58,766 nt of DNA. Source: an uncultured Synergistia bacterium. Lineage in GTDB: Bacteria > Synergistota > Synergistia > CAYRKT01. The position numbers were made by a program, and so were the translations under genes. Within the stretch, counting starts at the first letter, position 1. The number at the start of each line of letters is the position of its first letter. Below are positions 28,934-39,313 of the stretch, in pieces. The stretch spans positions 1 through 58,766 of the forward strand of contig CAYRKT010000002.1 in assembly GCA_964425005.1 (NCBI GenBank), read 5' to 3'. A model generated the notes under the pieces. The model was not told the DNA's origin. It did not search any database and worked only from the letters and a program-made list of their open reading frames with translations.

Positions 28934-29896
28934 TCAAGGAGCCACCTGCGGCGAGGACGGGGACAACCCCAGGTGGAGGTAGGCCCTCTCGGTGGCCCTT
29001 CTCCCCCTGGGCGTCCTGTCTATTAGGCCCAGCTCCACCAGGTAGGGCTCGTACACCTCCTCTATGGCGCTCGGGTCCTCCTGGAGGTACGAGGCGAGCG
29101 CCTTGAGCCCCACGGGGCCACCCCCGAACCGGTCTATTATGGCCGAGAGCAGCCGCCTGTCCATTTCGTCCAGTCCCAGGTCGTCCAGGCCCATCATCCG
29201 CATGGAGGCCCTCACTGCCGCCGCGTCCAGCCGCGTCCACCCCTCCACCTGAGCGTAATCCCTTACCCTCCTCACCATCTTCCCGGCTATCCTGGGGACC
29301 CCCCTGGAGCGCCTGGCTATCTCCTCCACAGCCGACTCCTCGAGCTCCATGCCCAGGGATCGGGCCACCCTCCTCACTATCTCCATCATCTCCTCGAGCG
29401 GGTAGAAGCTCAGGTGCTCGACTATGCCGAAACGGGACCTGAGCGGAGGGCTCACCAGGGCCAGCCTCGTGGTGGCCCCAACCAAGGTGAAGGGCTTTAT
29501 CGGGACGCGAACGCTCCTGGCCCCTATCCCCTTGCCGACCAGGACGTCTATCTGGAAGTCCTCCATGGCCACGTAGAGCACCTCCTCCACGGGCTTGGGC
29601 AACCTGTGGATCTCGTCCAGGAAGAGAACGTCCCGCTCCTCCAGGGAGGCCAAGATGGAGGCCACATCCCCCGGCCTGGTCAGGACCGGACCGGAGGTCA
29701 ACCTGATGCCCACGCCCATCTCGTTGGCCAATACGGTGGCCAGCGTGGTCTTACCGAGACCCGGCGGACCGCAGAGCAGGACGTGGTCCAGCGGCTCCCC
29801 CCTCGCCCTGGCGGCCTCCACGTAGACCCTGAGCTTCTCGCAAACCCTCCTCTGCCCCACGAAATCGGAGAAAGCTTTGGGCCTAAGGGAACTCAT
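28934..29896 (-). CDS. ruvB: Holliday junction branch migration ATPase RuvB
   Basis: LRPKAFSDFVGQ, GPPGLGKTT, DEIHR, GATTR, RTPRGR. Confidence 0.97.
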   Translation of the reverse strand: MSSLRPKAFSDFVGQRRVCEKLRVYVEAARARGEPLDHVLLCGPPGLGKTTLATVLANEMGVGIRLTSGPVLTRPGDVASILASLEERDVLFLDEIHRLPKPVEEVLYVAMEDFQIDVLVGKGIGARSVRVPIKPFTLVGATTRLALVSPPLRSRFGIVEHLSFYPLEEMMEIVRRVARSLGMELEESAVEEIARRSRGVPRIAGKMVRRVRDYAQVEGWTRLDAAAVRASMRMMGLDDLGLDEMDRRLLSAIIDRFGGGPVGLKALASYLQEDPSAIEEVYEPYLVELGLIDRTPRGRRATERAYLHLGLSPSSPQVAP

Positions 29897-30495
29897 GTCT
29901 GCCTAGAAGCAGCCTCCTTCAAAGCAGCCCTTATCAAACCCTCCACGGAGCGAGCCTCGTCTGGGGTGACCTTACCCAGAGCCCCCTCCAGGAGGGAGAT
30001 GGCCTCCTTCCTCTTGAAGCCCAGGGAGATGAGCCCCTCCAGGGCCTCCTCGGGATCAAAGGGAAGCTCGTACGCCTTAAGCCTAACGGGCGCCAGCTTG
30101 GCGAGCTTGTCCTCCAGCTCCACACAGAGCTTGCGAGCGCCCTTCGGGCCAACCCCCGGGACGGAGGAGAGCAAAGACGCGTTCTTCGAGCACAAAGCCT
30201 CGAGCAGCGCCTCGTATCCCAGGTGGGAGAGCAGGGACAACGCCTGTCTCGGCCCGACCCCCTTGACAGAGATGAGCATCCTGAAGAGATCCCTCTCCTC
30301 CCTGGAGGAGAAACCGAACAACCTGAAGCCCTCCTCGCCCACCGACAGGTGAGCGTACAGGGACAGCACATCACCCCTCCTCGCGGCGGAGGAGACCGCG
30401 GAGGGAACCTCCACGCACAGCCCCAAGCCCCCCACCTTCACCACCAGCCTGCCCGGCGCGACCAAAAGGACCTCGCCCTCTACGAGCTCTATCAA
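29893..30495 (-). CDS. ruvA: Holliday junction DNA-binding protein RuvA
   Basis: LFGF, SVKGVGP, PGVGPKGA HhH motifs, EALEGLISLGF. Confidence 0.96.
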   Translation of the reverse strand: MIELVEGEVLLVAPGRLVVKVGGLGLCVEVPSAVSSAARRGDVLSLYAHLSVGEEGFRLFGFSSREERDLFRMLISVKGVGPRQALSLLSHLGYEALLEALCSKNASLLSSVPGVGPKGARKLCVELEDKLAKLAPVRLKAYELPFDPEEALEGLISLGFKRKEAISLLEGALGKVTPDEARSVEGLIRAALKEAASRQT

Positions 30496-30986
30496 CCGAC
30501 GACCCCCTTGAGCCTGTGGAGGGCAAGCCCACCCACCGCGACGGCCACGGCGTCCAAGGCGTCCGGGCTTCTGGGGAGCCTCTCCTCCCCGAGGCCCAGG
30601 ATGAGGCTCACCCCCCTCCTTACCTCCTCCTTGGACGAGTTGCCGTGGGCGCAGACCGCTGACTTCACCTGCTTAGGGGACAGCTCGACCAGCTCACAGC
30701 CGATCTCGAAGGAGGCGAGCAACACCACGCCCCTCACCTGCCACACCAAGGCTGCGCTGCTCGCGTTGCGACCGTAGAGCAGGCTCTCCACGCACACCAG
30801 GTCCGGGGACCACCTCTCCCCCAGGGAGATCACCAGGGCTCTGGTCCTGGCCAAGAAGGCGGGAAAGGGCTCTCCCTCCCCTCGAAGTAGCCCCACCTCC
30901 AGCAGGGATATGGAGGGTCCGTCCTCCTCGACCACGGCGAAGCCCAGGTTCCTGACCCCAGGGTCCACGCCCAGAGCCCTCTTCAT
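30492..30986 (-). CDS. ruvC: Holliday junction resolvase RuvC
   Basis: LGVDPG, VES, SPKQVK, DALDAVAVA. Start ATG 30986 overlaps the yebC stop. Confidence 0.93.
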   Translation of the reverse strand: MKRALGVDPGVRNLGFAVVEEDGPSISLLEVGLLRGEGEPFPAFLARTRALVISLGERWSPDLVCVESLLYGRNASSAALVWQVRGVVLLASFEIGCELVELSPKQVKSAVCAHGNSSKEEVRRGVSLILGLGEERLPRSPDALDAVAVAVGGLALHRLKGVVG

Positions 30987-31735
30987 CTGGCCTCCAAGCG
31001 GTTCAAGACCTCCTCGGGCACGTCGAAGTTGGAGTAGACCCTCTGCACGTCGTCGTGCTCCTCGAGGGCATCCAGGAGCCTTATCAACCTCTCGGCCACG
31101 GACTCGTCCACCTGCACCACGTTGGAGGGCTCGTAAGAGATATCCGCCCTCCTGACGCCTATCCCCGCGCTCCTGAAGCGCTCGGAGGCCACGTTCAGAT
31201 CTCTGGGGTCGACGTAGACCGTGAAACCCTCCGACGGATCTCCCTTGACGTCCTCGGCCCCTACCTCCAGGGCGACCTCCATAACCCTGTCCTCGTCTAA
31301 GCCGGGCTCGACCTCGATCACACCCCTGCGCTGGAAGATCCAGGAGACGCAACCTGCCTCCCCCAGGGAACCCCCGTTGCGAGCGAATATCGTCCTTATC
31401 TCCGTGGCCGTCCTGTTCCGGTTGTCCGTCATGGCCTCCACCATGATGGCCACGCCGCCCGGCCCGTAACCCTCGTAGACCACCTCTTCGTAGGAGGCCC
31501 CCTCTATCTCGCCCGTGCCCCTCTTTATGGCCCTCTCCACGTTCTCGCTGGGGAGGTTGAACTCCTTAGCCCTCTCTATCGCCGCCTTCAGCCGAGGGTT
31601 GGTCTCCGGATCGCCCCCGCCCTCCTTGGCCGCAACTATTATGGCCCTGACCAGCTTCTGGAAGATCTTGCCCTTCTTGGCATCCTGAGCGGCCTTGCGG
31701 TACTTTATGTTGGCCCACTTGGAGTGTCCAGCCAA
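30983..31735 (-). CDS. yebC: YebC/PmpR family protein
   Basis: MAGHSKWANIK, GGGDPETNPRL, YEGYGPGG, DDVQRVYSN; TTG start 31735. Confidence 0.96.
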   Translation of the reverse strand: MAGHSKWANIKYRKAAQDAKKGKIFQKLVRAIIVAAKEGGGDPETNPRLKAAIERAKEFNLPSENVERAIKRGTGEIEGASYEEVVYEGYGPGGVAIMVEAMTDNRNRTATEIRTIFARNGGSLGEAGCVSWIFQRRGVIEVEPGLDEDRVMEVALEVGAEDVKGDPSEGFTVYVDPRDLNVASERFRSAGIGVRRADISYEPSNVVQVDESVAERLIRLLDALEEHDDVQRVYSNFDVPEEVLNRLEAR

Positions 31736-31779
31736 AGAGATCCCCCCTCTTAAAGAGACGACAAAGGTCGAAAAGGGGC

Positions 31780-31808
31780 TTACCCCTTCAGGACCCAATA
31801 AGTATAAT
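31780..31808 (+). promoter_or_regulatory. Probable promoter for crcB (AT-rich divergent intergenic region)
   Basis: TTACCC-17 bp-TATAAT(31803-31808); TATACT on the opposite strand faces yebC. Confidence 0.45.
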
Positions 31809-31843
31809 AGAAAACCCATGGCGGAAAAAGGAGGGCGCCGTCG

Positions 31844-32224
31844 TTGGCCAAAAAGCTCGTGTTGTTGTTCCTGGCCGGAGGCCTTGGCTCTTTGGTCCGC
31901 TACGGGGTCTCGAGCGCCTTCCAGAGGCTCGAGGGCTTGGACTTCCCGATGGGCTCGCTGGTGGTAAACCTGCTGGGGTGTTTCCTGGCCGGTTTCCTGT
32001 GGAGCTACTTCGAGAGGGTGTACGTCCCATCCCACCTAAGGACCATGTGGATGGTGGGCTTTTTGGGGGCGATGACCACCTTCTCCACCCTGATGCTCGA
32101 GACCGCCAACATGCTCCGCACCTCGGAGGAGGCGGCGGCCATCCTGAACCTCGTGCTGCACAACGGGCTCGGCCTGCTATCGATCTGGGGCGGCATAGCG
32201 TTGGCCAAGGCCCTCCTGGCCTGA
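31844..32224 (+). CDS. crcB: Fluoride channel Fluc/CrcB
   Basis: GGLGSLVRY, VNLLGC, GFLGAMTTFST. Confidence 0.95.
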   Translation: MAKKLVLLFLAGGLGSLVRYGVSSAFQRLEGLDFPMGSLVVNLLGCFLAGFLWSYFERVYVPSHLRTMWMVGFLGAMTTFSTLMLETANMLRTSEEAAAILNLVLHNGLGLLSIWGGIALAKALLA

Positions 32225-32241
32225 GGCGGGGGTGGTGTCTC

Positions 32242-32592
32242 TTGAAGATAGAGGGCGAGGCCATGCTGGTCAGGATATTCGTGGGAGAGGACGACCAGAA
32301 GAACGGCAGGCCTCTGTTCGAGGTGATAGTGGAGGAGGCCAGAAGGCGCAACATGGCTGGGGCCACGGTGATAAGGGGCATCATGGGGTTTGGGGCGGAC
32401 AGCAGGCTCCACTCGACCAAGATACTTCAGCTCTCGGAGGACCTGCCGATGGTCGTGGAGATAGTCGACAAGGAGGAGCGCATAAGGGACTTCCTCCCTT
32501 TCCTGGACGAGGTGGTGGAGGAAGGACTCGTCACCCTGGAGAAGGTCCACGTGGTGGCCTACAGGCACAAGGAGAGCAAGAAGCCCCTCTGA
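32242..32592 (+). CDS. DUF190 family (PII-like) protein
   Basis: RIFVGE, GATVIRGIMGFG, LSEDLPMVVEIVD; usual crcB partner; TTG start 32242. Confidence 0.9.
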   Translation: MKIEGEAMLVRIFVGEDDQKNGRPLFEVIVEEARRRNMAGATVIRGIMGFGADSRLHSTKILQLSEDLPMVVEIVDKEERIRDFLPFLDEVVEEGLVTLEKVHVVAYRHKESKKPL

Positions 32593-32647
32593 CGAAGGCC
32601 TAACCGAAGCGCACAGGCGAGAGAACGCCCGGCCCGGAACAAAAAAT

Positions 32648-32723
32648 TGGCTCCCCGGGCAGGACTCGAACCTGCAACCTAGTGGTTAACAGCCACCCGC
32701 TCTGCCGGTTGAGCTACCGGGGA
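32648..32723 (-). tRNA. tRNA-Asn (GTT)
   Basis: Cloverleaf, anticodon arm GGTGG-CTGTTAA-CCACT, CCA encoded, U1-A72. Confidence 0.97.
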
Positions 32724-32762
32724 ACCAGCGACGCCCAACTCGTCAACAACGCTTTTATCGTG

Positions 32763-32837
32763 TGGAGGCGGCACCCGGAATCGAACCGGGGAATAAGGGA
32801 TTTGCAGTCCCCTGCCTTACCACTTGGCTATGCCGCC
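32763..32837 (-). tRNA. tRNA-Cys (GCA)
   Basis: GGGGA-CTGCAAA-TCCCT arm, CCA encoded. Confidence 0.97.
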
Positions 32838-32852
32838 TAACCTCCAAAAGAA

Positions 32853-32927
32853 TGGAGCGGAAGACGGGATTTGAACCCGCGGCCCCCACCTTGGCAAGGT
32901 GGTGCTCTACCCCTGAGCTACTTCCGC
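32853..32927 (-). tRNA. tRNA-Gly (GCC)
   Basis: CCACC-TTGCCAA-GGTGG arm, CCA encoded. Confidence 0.97.
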
Positions 32928-32945
32928 TCACCCCTAGAACCTTTA

Positions 32946-33021
<76 letters not shown>

Positions 33022-33035
33022 TTACCCTCTTTTTA

Positions 33036-33113
33036 TGGCGGGGCTGACGGGACTTGAACCCGCGGCCTCTGACGTGACAGGCCAGCGCTCTGACCGTGCT
33101 GAGCTACAGCCCC
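33036..33113 (-). tRNA. tRNA-Asp (GTC)
   Basis: CTGGC-CTGTCAC-GTCAG arm, CCA encoded. Confidence 0.96.
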
Positions 33114-33126
33114 GCGATCTCTGCGT

Positions 33127-33201
33127 TGGTGGGCAGAACAGGACTCGAACCTGTGACCCCCTGCTTGTAAGGCAGGTGCTCTCCCTCTGAGCTATCCGCC
33201 C
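33127..33201 (-). tRNA. tRNA-Val (TAC)
   Basis: CCTGC-CTTACAA-GCAGG arm, CCA encoded. Confidence 0.97.
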
Positions 33202-33220
33202 CACCTCGACGACGCTATAA

Positions 33221-33249
33221 AGTATAATTGCCGCCCCCCCTCCTGTCAA
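33221..33249 (-). promoter_or_regulatory. Strong sigma70-type promoter of the tRNA operon
   Basis: TTGACA(33249-33244)-17 bp-TATACT(33226-33221). Confidence 0.85.
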
Positions 33250-33269
33250 TAACGCGAGGCCAGCTCGCG
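33247..33269 (-). terminator. Possible terminator after panE
   Basis: CGCGAG/CTCGCG hairpin followed by TTATTG on the minus strand. Confidence 0.35.
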
Positions 33270-33280
33270 GGAACGAGATC

Positions 33281-34225
33281 TCACCTCAGGTCAAGGCAGA
33301 TCCTCCCGTACCCCTTCTCCACGAACCTGATGAGCTCGACGACGGCGGCGTTGACGGGGGTGGGAACGCCCACCCTGGATCCCCTTTCGACCACCTGACC
33401 GTTTATGGCGCCTATCTCCGTCCTCCTGCCGAAGAGGACGTCCTGGAGCATGGAGGACCTGTTCTTGCCCGTCCTCCTGGCCACCTCCAGCACCTCCTCG
33501 AACGCCCTCTCCTCGTCGAAGTGGTAGCCCTCCGCCCTGGCCACGGCCACAGCCTCGGCCACGAGGCTCCTGGCCACGGCCCTCAGGTGCTCCTCCGAGG
33601 CCACCATGCCGTTCTCCACCGCCAGAAGGGCGGTCAGGGGGTTTATGGCGGCGTTGACGAAGAGCTTCTCCCACAGGAGAACCCTTGGATCCTCCACCAC
33701 CTCCGGCTCGAGGCCCGCCTCCCTCATCAGGTCCTCCACCCATCCGAGGGACGAGGGGCTCAGGCCCTTGCTCCACGGCCCGAAGCGGGTCCTCCCCCTT
33801 CCGGCCAACCTCACCCTCCCCGGCCCCAGGTAAGTGGCGCCGAAGGTGGTGGTGCCGCATATAACCCGCTCGTCCCCCACGACCGAGGCGACGATCTCCG
33901 CGTTCCCCATGCCGTTTTGAAGGCTCATCGCGAAGCCCCCCTCGCCCAGGAGATCCCTCAGGAGAGGAGCCACCTCGGCGGTGGAGTAGGACTTGACGAA
34001 GACCAGGACCAGGTCGAAGGTGCCCAGGCCGAAGGGTTCCGAGGCGGCGGAGACCTCGAAAACCTCCGCTCCCCCCTCGGGGAGCTCCAGCGCGAGGCCG
34101 TCCCTTCGGATGGCCTCCACGTGCTCCCTGTTCACGTCCAGCAGGACCACGTCCGCTACCCTCGAGAGCAGCGCCCCGTAGACGCTGCCCATCGCGCCCG
34201 CCCCAACCACGGCCACCCTTTTCAT
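33281..34225 (-). CDS. panE: 2-dehydropantoate 2-reductase
   Basis: VGAGAMG, VKSY, LQNGMG, WEKLFVNAAINPLTA, SSMLQD, EIGAING. Confidence 0.95.
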   Translation of the reverse strand: MKRVAVVGAGAMGSVYGALLSRVADVVLLDVNREHVEAIRRDGLALELPEGGAEVFEVSAASEPFGLGTFDLVLVFVKSYSTAEVAPLLRDLLGEGGFAMSLQNGMGNAEIVASVVGDERVICGTTTFGATYLGPGRVRLAGRGRTRFGPWSKGLSPSSLGWVEDLMREAGLEPEVVEDPRVLLWEKLFVNAAINPLTALLAVENGMVASEEHLRAVARSLVAEAVAVARAEGYHFDEERAFEEVLEVARRTGKNRSSMLQDVLFGRRTEIGAINGQVVERGSRVGVPTPVNAAVVELIRFVEKGYGRICLDLR

Positions 34226-35070
34226 CCCAGATACTCCTTCTCGAGCAACCTAGCCGTCTCCTCGGACATGGAGAAGCTGTGCTCAGGACCGGGGAAGACG
34301 CCGCTCCTCACCTCGTCCCTGTAGACCGACAGGGCTCTAACCGCCTCCTCGTAGAGGGAGGCATACGCCTTCACGAACTTGGGCCTAAAGCGCTTGAACA
34401 GGCCGAGCATGTCGTGCAACACCAGGACCTGCCCGTCGCAGTCCGGCCCAGCCCCTATCCCTATGGTGGGTATCCTAAGCCTCCTGGTGATGACGGAGGC
34501 CAGGGGGGCAGGGATGCACTCCAGGACCAAAGAGAAAGCCCCGGCCTCCTCCAGCGCCAGGGCGTCCTCGACTATGGCCCTCGCGGAGTCCAGGTCCTTG
34601 CCCTGCACCTTGAACCCCCCCAGCATGGTGGCGCTCTGAGGGGTTAGCCCTATGTGCCCCATCACGGGGATGCCGGCGGCGGTTATGGCCCTCACCCTGT
34701 CCGCCACCCTCCTGCCACCCTCCAGCTTCACCGCGTCGACCCCGCCCTCCTTCACGAGCCTGCCGGCGTTCCTGACGGCCTCCTCCGCGGAGACCTCGTA
34801 GCTCATGAAGGGCATGTCCCCCACCACGAAGGCGTGCCTGTTGCCCCTCACCACGCACTGGCAGTGGTATATCATCTGCTCCATCGTGACGGGTACCGTT
34901 CCGGACTGTCCCTGAACCACCATGCCCAACGAGTCTCCCACCAGGATGAGGTCCACGTCGGCGTCGTTCACGGCGCACGTCATCGGGAAGTCGTAGGAGG
35001 TGACCATCACTATCTTCTGCCCGCTCGCCTTCTTCTCCATCAGCTCGCCTATGGTGACCTTGCCCCTCAC
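34222..35070 (-). CDS. panB: 3-methyl-2-oxobutanoate hydroxymethyltransferase
   Basis: ILVGDSLGM, GDMPFMSY, VKLEGG, GHIGLTPQ, GIGAG..DGQVLV; GTG start 35070. Confidence 0.96.
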   Translation of the reverse strand: MRGKVTIGELMEKKASGQKIVMVTSYDFPMTCAVNDADVDLILVGDSLGMVVQGQSGTVPVTMEQMIYHCQCVVRGNRHAFVVGDMPFMSYEVSAEEAVRNAGRLVKEGGVDAVKLEGGRRVADRVRAITAAGIPVMGHIGLTPQSATMLGGFKVQGKDLDSARAIVEDALALEEAGAFSLVLECIPAPLASVITRRLRIPTIGIGAGPDCDGQVLVLHDMLGLFKRFRPKFVKAYASLYEEAVRALSVYRDEVRSGVFPGPEHSFSMSEETARLLEKEYLG

Positions 35071-35114
35071 CCGAACACCCCCTCCGCTCGAGATCTCTGC
35101 GCAAAGCTGATAAG

Positions 35115-35123
35115 ATGATACCA
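35115..35123 (-). promoter_or_regulatory. Possible internal extended -10 promoter for panBE
   Basis: TGgTATCAT in the ogt-panB gap; no -35 match. Confidence 0.35.
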
Positions 35124-35126
35124 CAG

Positions 35127-35636
35127 CTAGGGGCGAGGCGAGCCTCGAGGGTTGGAGGCCTCGAACTCCAGCAGGGCACCCTTCAGCCCTTCGCCGCCGG
35201 CGCCCATGTACCCGCCCAGGCTCCCCTTGCCGACCACCCTGTGGCAGGGCACGAACAGGGGCCAGGGGTTTCGCCTGAGGGCGGATCCCACTGCTCGGGG
35301 GGAGGTGCCCAGGCGCCTCGCCAGGTCCCCGTAGGTGACGAGCCCACCCCAGGGGACGTCGAGCACGGCCCTGTAGACCTCCAGGTCGAAAGGGCGAGGG
35401 GAGCCCAGGAGCCTCAAGGAGGGAGAGCCACCGGACCAGTGCTCTTCCCAGGCGGAGGCCAACGAGCTGGGGAGAGCGCCGCTCGACGTAGGCGGGGTCG
35501 AGCCCACGTAGGAGAGGGAGACCAGGCCGTCGCCTGAACGGGACCAGAGGGCGACCCAGAAGCCGACGGGCGAGCTCAGGCTCAAGGCCACAAAGTCGTC
35601 CGGCGGGCAGCAGAGCCGATCAAAGAGGACCCTCAT
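35127..35636 (-). CDS. ogt: Methylated-DNA--protein-cysteine methyltransferase
   Basis: VTYGDLA, RAVG, NP....PCHRVV active site, GGYMG. Confidence 0.93.
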   Translation of the reverse strand: MRVLFDRLCCPPDDFVALSLSSPVGFWVALWSRSGDGLVSLSYVGSTPPTSSGALPSSLASAWEEHWSGGSPSLRLLGSPRPFDLEVYRAVLDVPWGGLVTYGDLARRLGTSPRAVGSALRRNPWPLFVPCHRVVGKGSLGGYMGAGGEGLKGALLEFEASNPRGSPRP

Positions 35637-36684
35637 CCTCCTTCACCACCTCTTCCTCTATCCTCTCGATCTCCTCCTCCACCTTGGAGGCACCCTTGTA
35701 GCCGATGAGGCTCAGGATCACCAGGCCCCCCAGCGTTATGGGCAGGTAGTCGGTGAGCAACCTGCTGGAGAGGAACACCACGCCCGAGGCGTGAAAGGGG
35801 ATGACGCTGCTGAAGAGCCAGACGCCGCCCCCCTCGGCCACGCCGCTGCCGCCGGGGGTGGGGGTGAGGTAGAGGACGAACATCAGGAGCGACTGCAGCA
35901 CGAAGGCTTTCCGGAGGTCCAGCGGATAGCCGAAGGCCCTCGCCACCAGGGGGAGGACCGAGAACCAGAAGAAGAGATACAGGACCGACAGGATGACCAC
36001 GAAGGCGGTCAGAAGCGGACTCTCCAGGAAGAAGGACCTGAAGTGGACGCTGTAGTTGTCTATCTCCGCGAAGAGGAAGCGGACGATCCTCATCACGCTC
36101 CAACCGCCGAACAGCTTGAGCCTCCTCAGGGTCAGAAGGGCGTAGAGGGTGATCCTCTTGAGGAGCCTCGGCATCAGCATGGACAGCACCACGAAGCCCC
36201 AGATCAGGCCGAAGGCGACGGATATGGAGTAGAACAGCTTCCCCAGGACCTTGCCCCTGACGAACTCCGGGTACAGAGCCATCCCCAGGAGCCCGACCAA
36301 GCCCACCATGAGCAGGGTGATCATGGACCTCAGCAGGACCAACGAGACCCCCTTGCCCAGGGGGACGCCCTTCCTGTGCAGGTAGAAGACCAGGAAGGGC
36401 GCGCCTCCCCCCTGAAAGGGGGTCACGGCGCACCCGAAGTAGTTCAACCAGACCATCCTCAGGCCGTCCAGGATCGTCATCCGCCCTCCCCCCTTGGCCA
36501 CCAGGAGCTTTATCCTCCAGGCGTCCACCAGCCAGCACGAGACCAGCGAGGCCAGCGAGGCCAAGATCCACCGGGGGTCAGATCGAAGCAAGGCCAGGGC
36601 GCTCCTCCTGTCGAAGGTCAAGAGGTATATGATCAGCACCGAGGACAGGGTGAGGAGGAGAAACAACCTGAGCCCCCTTCTCAT
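35620..36684 (-). CDS. UPF0104 / lysylphosphatidylglycerol synthase TM-region (flippase-like) membrane protein
   Basis: Multi-TM; TPFQGGG and PTPGGSGVAE motifs; ATG 36684. Confidence 0.85.
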   Translation of the reverse strand: MRRGLRLFLLLTLSSVLIIYLLTFDRRSALALLRSDPRWILASLASLVSCWLVDAWRIKLLVAKGGGRMTILDGLRMVWLNYFGCAVTPFQGGGAPFLVFYLHRKGVPLGKGVSLVLLRSMITLLMVGLVGLLGMALYPEFVRGKVLGKLFYSISVAFGLIWGFVVLSMLMPRLLKRITLYALLTLRRLKLFGGWSVMRIVRFLFAEIDNYSVHFRSFFLESPLLTAFVVILSVLYLFFWFSVLPLVARAFGYPLDLRKAFVLQSLLMFVLYLTPTPGGSGVAEGGGVWLFSSVIPFHASGVVFLSSRLLTDYLPITLGGLVILSLIGYKGASKVEEEIERIEEEVVKEDEGPL

Positions 36685-36712
36685 CAAAGCACCTCCGCCG
36701 CCGACCCGAGGT

Positions 36713-37195
36713 TCAGGAGCCCACCGCCCGATAGATGAGATCCACCAGGTTGCCACCCACGAAGGCGACGCCGGCGTACCTCACGAACCTGCCGAACAGG
36801 CAGACCAGCGCGAAGGGCAAAGGCCTCATCCTCAAAACCCCCCCCATCAAAACGAACAGGCTGAAGGGGAGGGGTGTCACGGCCCCCACAAGTATGGCCA
36901 GCACGCCCCACCTCTGGTAGTAGCGCGAGGCCCTCTCCACCTTCTCCCGGGGGAAGAACCTCAACGCCAGGGGATAGCCGTACCTCCTGCCCAGAGCGTA
37001 GGAGAGCAAAGCCCCCGAGAAGGACCCAAGGGTCGAGGTCACGGTCAAGGCCAGAGGGTCGTAAAAGGAGGAGAAGAGGAGTATCAAAACGTCGGGCGGC
37101 AGGGGGAAGAACATCGCCTCCAGCAGCGCGTTCGCCCCGAGCCCCAGAAGCCCCAAGGAGGCCAGATGCGACTGGAGGAAGCCCAGCTGCTCCAC
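36713..37195 (-). CDS. DedA/VTT (YqaA-like) membrane protein
   Basis: EAMFFPLPPD, GSFSGALLSY, TPLPFSLF, GRFVRY. Confidence 0.88.
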   Translation of the reverse strand: MEQLGFLQSHLASLGLLGLGANALLEAMFFPLPPDVLILLFSSFYDPLALTVTSTLGSFSGALLSYALGRRYGYPLALRFFPREKVERASRYYQRWGVLAILVGAVTPLPFSLFVLMGGVLRMRPLPFALVCLFGRFVRYAGVAFVGGNLVDLIYRAVGS

Positions 37196-37201
37196 GGGAG
37201 A

Positions 37202-37801
37202 TCACTGAACGCCCAAGGAAGCCATCGACCTAAGGGCCTCCACGTAGTCCAGCAATCGGGCCACCGCAGGGGCCACCTCCTCCCTCAGCTCGAAGGCCAC
37301 GTCGTCGTACCTGCCCTCCCTCATGTAGCCCACGAGCGCCTCCAGGTCACGCACCAGCCTGTCCTTCAGCTGTCCGAGGGCTCCATCCCCCACCTCCCGG
37401 TCCTCCACCCGGAGCAGGATCTGGGCGTTCTGGATGACCTGGACGACCCAGCCGAGCCCCTCCGTGGCCTGGGTTATAAGCTTGAACGACTTCTCCAGCT
37501 GGCCCTCGTCTATGGCGTCGGCTATGACTTTGAGCCCGTTGGCCAGGACGGGAACGTAGCGGGCGCACTCCTCCAGGGCCTCCCTCACCAGCTCCCTCAC
37601 GTTCCTCGTCTCCACCAGGAGCTGCTCCATCTCCTCCAGGGCGAAGACCTCCTCCTCCGTGACGGGGCGGCTCCCGTCGCTCAAACCCACTATCACCCTG
37701 CCGCCTCGCAAGACGGCGGCCTTGAGCTCATCCAGCCACCCCCGATCAGCCCCCGGAGGCACCTCCTTCCAGAGTTTTCCGTCCACGAAGACCTTGGTCA
37801 T
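37202..37801 (-). CDS. Hypothetical protein (short beta N-domain + helical bundle)
   Basis: 199 aa ORF with typical codon usage, in-operon spacing after guaB; no recognised catalytic motif. Confidence 0.8.
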   Translation of the reverse strand: MTKVFVDGKLWKEVPPGADRGWLDELKAAVLRGGRVIVGLSDGSRPVTEEEVFALEEMEQLLVETRNVRELVREALEECARYVPVLANGLKVIADAIDEGQLEKSFKLITQATEGLGWVVQVIQNAQILLRVEDREVGDGALGQLKDRLVRDLEALVGYMREGRYDDVAFELREEVAPAVARLLDYVEALRSMASLGVQ

Positions 37802-37840
37802 CCGCGCATACCCTCTTTCGAACCGTTTTGGGCTTAGCCC

Positions 37841-39313
<1,473 letters not shown>

